The translations under genes and the position numbers were made by a program. 64,000 nucleotides of DNA. Source: Amycolatopsis sp. GTDB taxonomy: Bacteria > Actinomycetota > Actinomycetes > Mycobacteriales > Pseudonocardiaceae. The DNA lies in the NCBI GenBank assembly GCA_035547575.1, contig DASZUO010000303.1:1183-65182 (forward strand), written 5' to 3'. The notes beneath the pieces are model-generated. The model was not told the DNA's origin and did no database searches. It saw nothing but the letters and a program-made list of their open reading frames with translations. This document shows, in pieces, positions 40,411 to 50,127 of the stretch (position 1 is its first letter; each line of letters opens with the position of its first letter).

Positions 40411-41940
40411 TCAGTAGGCGCCGCGTCCGCCGATCACCGCGCGAGCGGTCTTCCACAGGATCGCCATGTCCAGCGCCAGCGACCAGTCCTCGACGTAACG
40501 CAGGTCGAGCCGCACCGACTCCGCCCAGCTGAGGTCGCTGCGCCCGCTGACCTGCCACAACCCCGTCAGGCCCGGCTTGACGAGCAGCCGCCGGCGCGCC
40601 GCGGGCTCGTAGGCCTCCGTCTCCTCCGGCAGCGGCGGCCGCGGGCCGACCAGCGACATGGTGCCGCTGAGCACGTTGAACAGCTGCGGCAGCTCGTCGA
40701 GGGAGTACCGGCGCAGGATCATGCCGACCTTCGTGATCCGCGGGTCGCGGCGCATCTTGAACAGCGGGCCCGAGCCCTCGTTGCTGGCGAGCAGAACGCT
40801 GCGCACCTTGTCGGCGTTCACGATCATGGTGCGGAACTTGGTCATCATGAAGGCCTGCCCGTCACGTCCGACGCGGCGCTGCCGGTAGAACACCGGGCCC
40901 CGGTCGCCGAGCTTGATCGCGATCGCGATGGTCAGCAGCAGCGGCGAGATCAGCACGAGCCCCAGCGCGGCGCCCGCGCGGTCGAACAGTTCCTTGACGA
41001 TGCGGCGGCCGCCGGTGAACGCGGGCGCGCTGACGCGCAGCAGCGGCATGCCGAGCACCCCGGACACGTTCAGCCGCGGCCCGGCGATCTCCATCAGCAC
41101 GGGGGCGACGACGAGGTCCGCGCCGGTGCCCTCGAGATCCCATGCCAGCTGCTGCAGCCGGCCAGGCGTCCAATATGGATCCGCGGTCACGGCCACCACC
41201 CGGTAGCCGCCGCGCCGCACCTGGTCGGCGACCTGGTCGAGCGCGCCCGCCACGGCGATGCCCCCGACCTCACCGGTGCCCTTCTCGCCCTTGCCCTCCG
41301 CGGTGCACACGGCCTCGACACGCCACCCCACGTGTGCGTCGGCCCGCGTGCGCTCGATGAGATCGCGCACCGTCCCCGGCGCCCCGGCCGCCATCACCGG
41401 CAGCATGCAGGTGCCGTTGTTGTTGCGGAACCGGTGCAGCACCCGGCGTAGCACGTACCGCTGCGGCAGCGCGATCAGCCCGACCACCGGCACCGCGATG
41501 AAGACCCAGGGCTGCACGTCGAGCGCGCCGAAGACCAGGCCGGCGAGCGCGACCGCCACGGCGGCCTGCACGAGACTGCGGCCGACGCGCCGGAACTCCT
41601 CCGCGCCCTCGCCGAGCACGTCCTGGCTCCAGGCCCGGTTGAACGGCAGCGCGGCCAGTATCGCGGCGGCCGTGCCCGAGGCGTGCAGGAAGTAGGGCCT
41701 GCCCGTGACGCGCAGGATCAGGAAGGCTGCCAGACCGATGACCAGCAGCGTCGCGGCGATGTCACAGCCGATCACCCAGGCGCGGTAACGGCCTTCCCAT
41801 GCCGTCGAGGACGCACGGGGCGGCGTGGTGCCGTCCGGCCCCACGGCGTGCAGGGCCCGCTTCGGGCGGCCGGGTGCACGCAGATCGATCCCCAGTAGCG
41901 CTTCGCCGTCCGGAAAGCCTTTCCGCGCCGGCTCTTCCAT
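40411..41940 (-). CDS. Polyprenyl-phosphate sugar-1-phosphate (priming) transferase, WcaJ/CpsE-like
   Basis: N-terminal TM segments; KFRTM, DPRITKVG, RRYSLDELPQLFNV, MSLVGPRP, KPGLTGLWQV and DLRYV motifs. Confidence 0.95.
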   Translation of the reverse strand: MEEPARKGFPDGEALLGIDLRAPGRPKRALHAVGPDGTTPPRASSTAWEGRYRAWVIGCDIAATLLVIGLAAFLILRVTGRPYFLHASGTAAAILAALPFNRAWSQDVLGEGAEEFRRVGRSLVQAAVAVALAGLVFGALDVQPWVFIAVPVVGLIALPQRYVLRRVLHRFRNNNGTCMLPVMAAGAPGTVRDLIERTRADAHVGWRVEAVCTAEGKGEKGTGEVGGIAVAGALDQVADQVRRGGYRVVAVTADPYWTPGRLQQLAWDLEGTGADLVVAPVLMEIAGPRLNVSGVLGMPLLRVSAPAFTGGRRIVKELFDRAGAALGLVLISPLLLTIAIAIKLGDRGPVFYRQRRVGRDGQAFMMTKFRTMIVNADKVRSVLLASNEGSGPLFKMRRDPRITKVGMILRRYSLDELPQLFNVLSGTMSLVGPRPPLPEETEAYEPAARRRLLVKPGLTGLWQVSGRSDLSWAESVRLDLRYVEDWSLALDMAILWKTARAVIGGRGAY

Positions 41941-42438
41941 CCGACCTCCCCTCTTCCGGGCGTGGGACCGGGCCAGACCACGCCGACGGTCACTACCAGT
42001 AATCATTAGCTTGTGTGCGGCACACTCCCCGATGTGCTGCGTCTGCCGTGGAATCGGCAGGATTCGCGGTTGCGTTACAGGAGGGTCCCCAGGAAGTCCG
42101 GGTTATGAGACCAACAAATACAACACAGGGAGATCACGGAAGAGTGACGAGCCGTCACCGTAACCTACCGCCAAACAACTACGCTTTGTAGCCGGTAAAT
42201 TCACCACCACACCGAACGGCGCCGACAATGAAACATGCGTTTCGATTTCGCCCGGATGGAGCATTGTCCGCGCGGCGCCCACCCGGCACGATGAAGCCGT
42301 TCGGCAGCGCGTTCCGCGCCCCGCCGCGCCCGCCTGCCACGGATGCGCCTCGGCCATTGACTACCGCGGCAGGCGGCCGGGAGCCCCGGCGCGTGATCCG
42401 CCCTTGAACGCGCCGGGGTTTCCCTTCGAAAAGCCTGC

Positions 42439-43284
42439 TCAGGCCACCTCGCCGTCGTTGCTCCTGCCGCGCCCGCGCGGTTGCGCGACGATGTGCGTCG
42501 CGACGTCCAGCAGCGCCTTGGCGGCCTTGCCGACGTCTTTCACGGGGAAGCGCGCGGCCGGTGCGGACAGGCTGATCGCGGCCGGGATGCTCGTGCCCAG
42601 CAGCGGTACGGCCACACAGCGGCCGTCGGCGTCGTTCTCCAGATCGTCCACGGCGTAGCCCAGTTCGCGGACTCCAGCCAACTCCGCCAGGTACTCGTCG
42701 ACGGAGGTGATCGTGTTGGAACAGCGCCCCGGCATGCCGCTGCGGCCGAGCACGTCCCGGACGCGGTCTTCGGACATGTGCGCCGCGATCGCCTTGCCCA
42801 GCGCGGTGGAATGCAGCGGGTCGCGGTCGCCGCGCGAGGCCGCGAGCCGCACCCCGCGGCGGCTCTCGATGATGTCGACGTAGATGATCCGGTCACTGTC
42901 GAGCACGCCGAGGTTGGCCGTCTCGCCGAAGTCGTCGCGCAGCTTCTCCAGCCACGGGCGCGCACATTCGCGCAGCAGTTCCAGGTGCCGCGACTGCATC
43001 CCGAGGAACCCCAGCCCCAGCCGGCACAGGCCGGTCTCCTCGTCGCGCTCGACATAGCGGTGCTGTTCCAGCGTCCACAGATACCGGTAGGCCGACGACT
43101 TGGGCATGCCGGTGACCTCGACCACCGTGTTGAGGCTGATACCGTCCACGGACTGCTGCAGCAGATCCAGGATCGCGCAGACCCGGTCCACGGCGCGCAG
43201 GGAGTAATCGCGATCGTCGGACAGCGTGTCGTCGTCGTGCGCGTCGTCCGGCCCGGCGTTCCGGTCTGGAGGCAGCGGACTCAC
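42439..43284 (-). CDS. IclR-family transcriptional regulator
   Basis: SLRAVDRxxxILD, HTH MPKSSAYRYL, ETANLG, HSTALGKA and GYAVDD motifs. Confidence 0.93.
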   Translation of the reverse strand: MSPLPPDRNAGPDDAHDDDTLSDDRDYSLRAVDRVCAILDLLQQSVDGISLNTVVEVTGMPKSSAYRYLWTLEQHRYVERDEETGLCRLGLGFLGMQSRHLELLRECARPWLEKLRDDFGETANLGVLDSDRIIYVDIIESRRGVRLAASRGDRDPLHSTALGKAIAAHMSEDRVRDVLGRSGMPGRCSNTITSVDEYLAELAGVRELGYAVDDLENDADGRCVAVPLLGTSIPAAISLSAPAARFPVKDVGKAAKALLDVATHIVAQPRGRGRSNDGEVA

Positions 43285-43393
43285 CTCGTTTCATCAGCCA
43301 GAGCGAGTGTTTCAGAATAGTACCGCCTCGCGGAGTGCCGCGGGAGTGCCGGAAACGTCCTGTCACCCTGTCCGTGCGATTCCGCTAGATCTG

Positions 43394-45205
43394 CTAGCCG
43401 TGGCGGAGGTCTTGTTCGTCGCGGGTGGCGTTGGTGGTGGTGTGGGTGCCGCCGAGGTGGCGGGCCGTGTTGACCAGGCCGACCATGCTGAACGCCTGCG
43501 GGGTGTTGCCGACCTGGCGGCGGTGGGTGGTGTCGTACTCCTCGCTGAGCAGGCCGACGTCGTTGCGCAGCGCGAGCAGGTGCTCGAACAGGCGCCGGGC
43601 CTCGTCGCCGCGACCGGTGCCGTGCAGCGCGTCGGCGAGCCAGAACGCGCACGCGAGGAACGAGCCTTCCGCGCCGTCGAGGCCGTCCACGCGGCCGCCG
43701 GCCGCCGGGTCGTAGCGCCACACGTGACCGTCGTGCACGAGTTCGTCGCGGATCGCGTCGACGGTGCCCCGGATCCGCGAGTCGTGCCATGGCAGGAATC
43801 CGACCCGTGGCAACAACAACAGCGCCGCGTCGAGGCCGCGGGAACCGTAGAACTGGGTGAAGGTGTTGCGGTCGGGGTCGTAGCCGCGTTCGCACACGTC
43901 GCGGTGTATCTCGTCGCGCAGGCCCCGCCAGTGCTCGACGGGCCCGTCCAGGTCGTGCCGCTCGACCGTCCGCACGGCACGGTCGAGCCCCGCCCACGCC
44001 ATCACCTTCGAATGGACGAAATGCCGTCGCCGGCCGCGCATCTCCCACAGGCTGTTGTCGGGCTGATCCCAGTGTCCTTCGAGGAAGTCGAGGAGGCCGC
44101 GTTGCAGGTCCCACGCCGGCTCGGTCGTGGTCAGCCCGGCCTCGCGGGCCAGGTGCAGTCCGTCGAGGACCTCGCCCCACACGTCCAGCTGGAACTGGCC
44201 GGACGCGGCGTTACCGACCCGCACCGGCGCCGACTTCTCGTACCCGGCCAGCCAGTCCACTGTGGACTCGGTGATGCGGCGGCTGCCGTCGAGGCGGTAC
44301 ATGCTGCGCAGCTTGGCAGGATCACCGGCGACGGCGCGCACGAGCCATTCGCGCCAGGCGCGGGCCTCGCCGGTGTATCCGGTGCCCAGCAGCGCCTGCA
44401 GGGTGAACGTGGCATCGCGCAGCCAGCAGTACCGGTAGTCCCAGTTGCGGGCGCCGCCGAGCTGTTCGGGCAACGAGGTGGTGGCCGCGGCGAGTATCCC
44501 GCCGGTGGGCTCGTAGGTGAGCGCCTTGAGCGTGATCAGCGCGCGCCGCACGGCATCCGACCACTGTCCACGGTAGCGGCAGCGCGCGATCCAGTCCGTC
44601 CAGCGCCGGTACGTGACGGCCAGTGCGTCGTCGGCGTCCGTGGGCTCCGGTCGGGGCAGATGGGAGGGCCGGTGGGTGAGCACGAACGGCACCCGCTCCC
44701 CCGCCGCGACGGTGAACTCGCCGCGCACATCGCCCTCGCGCCTGTGCAGAGGTGCGGGCGTGCGCAGCCACACGGCGTCGGGACCGGCGACGGCGGCGAA
44801 CTGCCCGTCCGCGTGCCGCCCCCACGGGACGATGTGCCCATAGTCGAAGCGCATCCGCAGCAGCGTCCGCATCGGGACCCGGCCGGACACGCCCTCGACG
44901 ATGCGCACGACATCCGGTGCCTCGCCACGCGGGGGCATGAAGTCGAGGACACGGACGGTGCCGTCACGGGTGTCCCACTCGCTGGACAGGATGAGCGTGT
45001 CGTCGCGGTAGCCGCGCCGGATGGCGGGCCCGCCGGCGGCCGGGGCGAGCTGCCAGGTGCCGGCGCGCTCGTCGTCGAGGAGCGCGGCGAAGCAGGCCGG
45101 CGAGTCGAAGCGGGGCAGGCACAGCCAGTCGATCCCGCCGTGCCGGGACACCAGCGCGGCGGTGTGCAGATCCCCGAGCAGGGCGTAGTCCTCGATCAAC
45201 GGCAT
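43394..45205 (-). CDS. GH15 glucoamylase/trehalase-like protein
   Basis: IEDYALLGD, AATTSLPE, RNWDYRYCWLRD, QLDVWGE, LLSEEYD and GNTPQAFS motifs. Confidence 0.93.
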   Translation of the reverse strand: MPLIEDYALLGDLHTAALVSRHGGIDWLCLPRFDSPACFAALLDDERAGTWQLAPAAGGPAIRRGYRDDTLILSSEWDTRDGTVRVLDFMPPRGEAPDVVRIVEGVSGRVPMRTLLRMRFDYGHIVPWGRHADGQFAAVAGPDAVWLRTPAPLHRREGDVRGEFTVAAGERVPFVLTHRPSHLPRPEPTDADDALAVTYRRWTDWIARCRYRGQWSDAVRRALITLKALTYEPTGGILAAATTSLPEQLGGARNWDYRYCWLRDATFTLQALLGTGYTGEARAWREWLVRAVAGDPAKLRSMYRLDGSRRITESTVDWLAGYEKSAPVRVGNAASGQFQLDVWGEVLDGLHLAREAGLTTTEPAWDLQRGLLDFLEGHWDQPDNSLWEMRGRRRHFVHSKVMAWAGLDRAVRTVERHDLDGPVEHWRGLRDEIHRDVCERGYDPDRNTFTQFYGSRGLDAALLLLPRVGFLPWHDSRIRGTVDAIRDELVHDGHVWRYDPAAGGRVDGLDGAEGSFLACAFWLADALHGTGRGDEARRLFEHLLALRNDVGLLSEEYDTTHRRQVGNTPQAFSMVGLVNTARHLGGTHTTTNATRDEQDLRHG

Positions 45206-45227
45206 GGTCGCGCGCCGGCCCGCCGGC

Positions 45228-47021
45228 TCACGATGACCTGCCGGGCAGCAGTTCTCCCGCCTTGGTCTTGGCGCCCTCGACGAGCAGGTGCCAGGCGTTG
45301 GGGTCGCCCTTGAGAACGGCCTGGGTCAGCGACTTGATCTGCTCGAAGGTGGCGTGCGGCGGGATCGGCGGGGTCTCCGGGTCGCACCGGACGTCCAGCA
45401 GCGCGGGGCGCCCGGCGGCGAGCGCCCGGTCCCAGGCCGGGCCCAGCTGGTCCGGTTCGTCGACGGCGATCGACTCGAATCCCAGCGAGCGGGCGAAGTC
45501 GGCGTAGGAGAACTCCGGCAGGGACTGGGATTCCTCGAACTTCGGGGCGCCGCCCATCGCGCGCAGTTCCCAGGTGACCTGGTTGAGGTCGTTGTTGTGG
45601 AACACGCACACGATCAGCCGCGGGTCGGTCCAGTGCCGGTGGTAGCGGGCGATGGTGAGCAGTTCGGCCATCCCGTTCATCTGCATCGCGCCGTCCCCCA
45701 CCAGCGCGATGGCGGGCCGGTCGGGGTGGGCGAACTTCGCGCCGATCGCATACGGCACCCCTGGCCCCATCGTGGCCAGTGTGCCGGAGAGCGATCCGCG
45801 CATGCGGCCCCGGATCCTGAGGTTGCGGGCGTACCAGTTGGTCGAGGAACCCGAGTCCGCCGTGACGATGGCGTCCTCTGGGATGCGCCGGGAGAGTTCG
45901 TGGACGACGCGCATCGGGTTGACCGGGTCGGCGTCCAGCATCGCCTGCTGCTCCATCGACTGCCACCAGCCGGCCACGTTCTTCTCGATCGTCTCCCGCC
46001 ACGCCCGGTCCGGCTTGGGGCGCACCATCGGCAGCAGGGCGCGGAGGGTGGACTTGGCCTCGCCGACCAGGTTGACCTCGGTCGGGTAGCGCATCCCGAT
46101 CCGGGTGCCGTCGAGGTCGATCTGCACGCCCCTCGCCTGGCCGAACTCGGGCAGGAACTGCGAGTACGGGAAGCTGGAGCCGACGATGAGGAGCGTGTCG
46201 CAGTCCCGCATCATCTCGTACGACGGGCGGGTGCCGAGCAGCCCGATCGCGCCGGTCACGTACGGCAGGTCGTCGGGCAGGACATCCTTGCCCAGCAACG
46301 CCTTCGCCACCCCAGCCCCGGTGGCCTCGGCCAGTTCCCGCACCTCTTCCGCGGCGTTGCGGGCGCCCTGGCCGACGAGGATCGCGACCTTGTCGCCGGC
46401 GTTGAGGACGTCGGCGGCGCGCGCCAGCTCGTCCTCGGGCGGGGTCACCACCGGGTGCGGCCAGGACGGGCCGCTGGAGGGCACGTGCTTGAACTCGTGC
46501 TTGGGCGGGGTGTAGGGCTGTTCCTGCAGGTCCGCGGGGATGATGACGACGGTGGGAGCGAGGCGGGCGGCCGCGGTGCGCATCGCCCGGTCCAGCGCGT
46601 TGGGCAGCTGCTCGGCGACGTTGACCTCGACCAGGTACTCGGCGGCCACGTCCTTGAACAGCGGCTGCAGATCGACCTCCTGCTGGTAGGAACCGCCCAT
46701 GGCGCTGCGGGCGGTCTGCCCGACGATCGCCACCACCGGCACGCGATCCAGCTTCGCGTCGTACAGGCCGTTGAGCAGGTGGATCGCGCCAGGGCCGGAG
46801 GTCGCCATGCACACCCCGACCTCACCACTGAACTTCGCGAAGCCGACGGCCTCGAAGGCGGCCATCTCCTCGTGCCGCGCCTGTACGAACCGGGGCCGGT
46901 TGCCGGCCTTCCCGAACGCGGTCACGATCCCGTTGATGCCGTCACCGGGGTAGGCGAAGACCTGCTCCACACCCCACTCACGCAACCGCCGCAAGAGGTA
47001 GTCGCCAACCGTCTCAGCCAT
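45228..47021 (-). CDS. ThDP-dependent enzyme, pyruvate oxidase/dehydrogenase-like
   Basis: YPGDGING, RHEEMAAF, TSGPGAIHLLNGLYDA and GDGAMQMN...NN motifs. Confidence 0.92.
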   Translation of the reverse strand: MAETVGDYLLRRLREWGVEQVFAYPGDGINGIVTAFGKAGNRPRFVQARHEEMAAFEAVGFAKFSGEVGVCMATSGPGAIHLLNGLYDAKLDRVPVVAIVGQTARSAMGGSYQQEVDLQPLFKDVAAEYLVEVNVAEQLPNALDRAMRTAAARLAPTVVIIPADLQEQPYTPPKHEFKHVPSSGPSWPHPVVTPPEDELARAADVLNAGDKVAILVGQGARNAAEEVRELAEATGAGVAKALLGKDVLPDDLPYVTGAIGLLGTRPSYEMMRDCDTLLIVGSSFPYSQFLPEFGQARGVQIDLDGTRIGMRYPTEVNLVGEAKSTLRALLPMVRPKPDRAWRETIEKNVAGWWQSMEQQAMLDADPVNPMRVVHELSRRIPEDAIVTADSGSSTNWYARNLRIRGRMRGSLSGTLATMGPGVPYAIGAKFAHPDRPAIALVGDGAMQMNGMAELLTIARYHRHWTDPRLIVCVFHNNDLNQVTWELRAMGGAPKFEESQSLPEFSYADFARSLGFESIAVDEPDQLGPAWDRALAAGRPALLDVRCDPETPPIPPHATFEQIKSLTQAVLKGDPNAWHLLVEGAKTKAGELLPGRSS

Positions 47022-47022
47022 G

Positions 47023-50000
47023 TCATGTCTCCTTTCGGTATCTTGCCGGGTTCCGGCGGTCCTTCCGCGAGAACAGCGATCGCGCCACCGCCGCCCCCGC
47101 CGCGGCGAGCGTGCCGAGGACGGCGGCCTGGGCGGCGGCCCGCGGTTCGGACGGCCGCGGCGGGACTGCCGCCGGAGGCGACGCGTGGTGCGCCACCGCG
47201 AGCAGTTCCGCCAGGTGCATCCCTTCGTGGCCACCGCTGCCGAGCTCGTGGATCTGGGTGCGGCAGCTGAACCCGTCGGCCAGCACGACGGTGTCGTCGT
47301 CGATCTCGCGCAACCGGGGCAGCAGCACCCTTTCGGCACAGGCCTCGCTCACGTCGAGGTGCCCCGGTTCGAAACCGAAGTTGCCCGCCAGGCCACAGCA
47401 CCCGGAGTCGAGTCGCTCGGCGTCGACCCCGGCACGGCGCAGCAGTTCCCGGTCGGCGTCCCAGCCGAGCACGGCGTGCTGGTGGCAGTGCACCTGCGCC
47501 ACTGCCCGCGTCGCGCGGTCGAACGTGGGCGGCCGGTAGCCGGGCGAGTGCCCGGTGAGCAGTTCGGCGAAGGTGACCGTCTGGTCGCGGAGGCGCCGGA
47601 CGTCCTGGTCCTCGGGAAAGAGCTCGGCCGCGTCGGACCGGAACACCGCGGCGCACGACGGTTCCAGCGCGAGTACCAGGCCGCCTTCACGCAAGTGCGG
47701 GGCGAGCGCGCGGGCGGTGCGCGTCAGGATCCGCTTGCCGGTCGCGAGCTGGCCGGTGGAGATCCACGTCAGGCCGCAGCACAGCGGTCCGGACGGCATC
47801 GTCACGCGCCAGCCCGCCTGCTCCACGACCTGGACCGCGGCCTCGCCGACGTGCGGGTGGAAGTGGTTGGTGAACGTGTCGGGCCACAGCAGGACCGTGC
47901 CGCGTACGCCTTCACCGCGCGGGCCACGGCGGGCGAACCACTGCTGCAGCGTCTCCCCCGCGAACAGTGGGACCTCGCGCCGCTCCATCCCGGCCACGGC
48001 CGTCGCGAGCCGTGCCAGCGGCGGTGTGTGGGTGAGCGCGTTCAGCACCGGCCCCAGCCGGGCCCGGCCGGCCACCTGGGCGAGCGCGGGCAGCCAGCCC
48101 ATCGACAGATGCGCACGCGGACGGCGCCACGGCCGGCCGCGGTAGTGCTGCGCCAGGAACTCGGCCTTGTACGTCGCCATGTCCACATTGGCCGGACAGT
48201 CGGTCTTGCATCCTTTGCACGCCAAGCACAAGTCCAGCGCCTCGCGCACCTCGTCCGAGCGCCAGCCGTCCCGCACCGGGCTGTCGCCGTGCCCGTCGAG
48301 CATCTCGAACAGCAGCCGCGCCCGGCCGCGGGTGGAGTGTTCCTCCTCGCCGGTGACCTGATAGGACGGACACATCACCTGATGCCCGTCCGTGGTGTGC
48401 TGGCGGCACCGGCCGACCCCGACGCACCGGTTCGCCGCCTGCGCGAACGAACCGCCGTCGTGCGGGAACCGGAAGAACAGGTCCTGCGGCGCGGCCGGCG
48501 ACCAGTCCCCGCCGAGGCGCAGGTGCGCGTCCAGCGCCGCCGGGGCGACGACCTTGCCGGGGTTCATCCGGTTGTCCGGGTCGAAGATCGTCTTCAGCTC
48601 CCCGAACGCCCGCGTGAGGTCCGGGCCGAACATCTTCGGCAGCAGCTCGCCGCGGGTCTGCCCGTCACCGTGCTCTCCCGACAGCGAGCCGCCGAACCCG
48701 GCCACGAGGTCGGCGGCGGCCTCCAGGAAGCGGCGATACGTGGCGACGCCGTCGGCCGTGTAGAGGTCGAACGGGATCCGGGTGTGCACACAGCCCTGCC
48801 CGAAGTGGCCGTACAGCGCCGGACCGGTGTCGCCGGCGTAGCCGAACTCCTCGTAGAGCCCGCGCAGGCGGCGCAGGTAGTCGCCGAGGCGTTCGGGCGG
48901 CACCGCGGAGTCCTCCCAGCCCTCGAACGTGTCGGGCCGGTGCGGCACGTGCGCGGTCGCGCCGAGGCCGGCCTCGCGGACCTGCCACAGTTCCTTCTCC
49001 CGCACGGGATCGTCATAGAGTGCCACCTGCGGGGCGTGCTCCCCTTCGCGCAACCCGTCCAGCATGCGCCGGGCGTACTCGTCGGCCTCGTCGGTGGTGT
49101 CGCCGCCGAACTGGACCATGAGGAACGCGCGGCCCTCCGGCAACTCGCGCAGCGCCCGCGGGTTGAGGTGCTTGAGTTGCTCGTCGCGGATCAGCTTCGC
49201 GTCGAGCCCTTCGAGCGCGATGGGCTCGTACGGCAGGATGGCGGGCACCGCGTCCGCCGCCCTGCCGACGTCGGGAAAGCCGAGCACCACGAGCGTTCGC
49301 TCGCGAACCACCGGCACCAGCTCGAGTTCCGCGCGCAGCACGGTGACCAAAGTGGACTCGCTGCCGGTGAGCAGGCCCGCGACGTCGAACCCGTGCTCCG
49401 GGAGCAGCGAGTCGAGGTTGTAGCCCGACACGCGGCGCGGGATGTCCGGGTAGCGGGCGCGGATCTCGTCGGCGTAGGTGTCGCGCAGCCGCCGCAGCCG
49501 GCGGTAGATCGCGGCGCGGGGATCGCCGCGCCGCTCGATGGCCGCGTAGTCCTCGTCACCGGTGGGGCCGCACCAGAACCGGGTGCCGTCGTAGCAGAGC
49601 ACCTCCAGCGCCGCGATGTTGTCGACGACCTTGCCGGTGCGCTGCGCGGTCGCGCCGCACGAGTTGTTGCCGATCATGCCGCCGAGCGTGCAGTTGGGGT
49701 GGGTCGCGGGCTCCGGGCCGTAGCGCAGGCCCGTTGGCGCGAGGCTCCGGTTGAGGTCGTCCAGCACGATGCCCGGCTGGACCACGCACGTCCGGGCGCC
49801 GGCGTCCACGGATTCGAGCCGGTGGCAGTACTTCGACCAGTCGAGGACGACCGCGGTGTTGGTGCACTGCCCGGCCAGGCTGGTGCCACCGCCGCGCGAC
49901 AACACCGGCGCGCCGTGCTCCCGTGCCACCGCGACGGCCTCGACGGCCGCATCCGGTGTGCGGGGAACGACGACACCGATCGGCACCTGCCGGAAGTTGG

Positions 50001-50127
50001 ACGCGTCGGTCGAGTACGCGGCCCGGCTGCCCGCGTCGAACCGGACCTCGCCGTCCACCCGCGCACGCAACGCCGCCGCGAGCGCACCCGTGTCGGTCAC
50101 CGGGGAACGAAGGTCGATCGTGCTCAC
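47023..50127 (-). CDS. FAD-linked oxidase with 4Fe-4S and CCG domains (YdiJ/GlcD-GlcF fusion type)
   Basis: RGGGTSLAGQ, GGMIGNNSCG, SGEHGDG, CVGVGRC, CLACKGCKTDCP, CCG and GFSCRTQ motifs. Confidence 0.92.
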   Translation of the reverse strand: MSTIDLRSPVTDTGALAAALRARVDGEVRFDAGSRAAYSTDASNFRQVPIGVVVPRTPDAAVEAVAVAREHGAPVLSRGGGTSLAGQCTNTAVVLDWSKYCHRLESVDAGARTCVVQPGIVLDDLNRSLAPTGLRYGPEPATHPNCTLGGMIGNNSCGATAQRTGKVVDNIAALEVLCYDGTRFWCGPTGDEDYAAIERRGDPRAAIYRRLRRLRDTYADEIRARYPDIPRRVSGYNLDSLLPEHGFDVAGLLTGSESTLVTVLRAELELVPVVRERTLVVLGFPDVGRAADAVPAILPYEPIALEGLDAKLIRDEQLKHLNPRALRELPEGRAFLMVQFGGDTTDEADEYARRMLDGLREGEHAPQVALYDDPVREKELWQVREAGLGATAHVPHRPDTFEGWEDSAVPPERLGDYLRRLRGLYEEFGYAGDTGPALYGHFGQGCVHTRIPFDLYTADGVATYRRFLEAAADLVAGFGGSLSGEHGDGQTRGELLPKMFGPDLTRAFGELKTIFDPDNRMNPGKVVAPAALDAHLRLGGDWSPAAPQDLFFRFPHDGGSFAQAANRCVGVGRCRQHTTDGHQVMCPSYQVTGEEEHSTRGRARLLFEMLDGHGDSPVRDGWRSDEVREALDLCLACKGCKTDCPANVDMATYKAEFLAQHYRGRPWRRPRAHLSMGWLPALAQVAGRARLGPVLNALTHTPPLARLATAVAGMERREVPLFAGETLQQWFARRGPRGEGVRGTVLLWPDTFTNHFHPHVGEAAVQVVEQAGWRVTMPSGPLCCGLTWISTGQLATGKRILTRTARALAPHLREGGLVLALEPSCAAVFRSDAAELFPEDQDVRRLRDQTVTFAELLTGHSPGYRPPTFDRATRAVAQVHCHQHAVLGWDADRELLRRAGVDAERLDSGCCGLAGNFGFEPGHLDVSEACAERVLLPRLREIDDDTVVLADGFSCRTQIHELGSGGHEGMHLAELLAVAHHASPPAAVPPRPSEPRAAAQAAVLGTLAAAGAAVARSLFSRKDRRNPARYRKET

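Noticed and set aside
41941-42438. AT-richer intergenic region as an ncRNA or riboswitch
   Set aside because: No recognisable conserved RNA motif or terminator; most simply the promoter region of the priming transferase.
43288-43314. GTTTCA direct repeat 21 bp apart upstream of the IclR gene
   Set aside because: Too short to distinguish from chance without comparative data.
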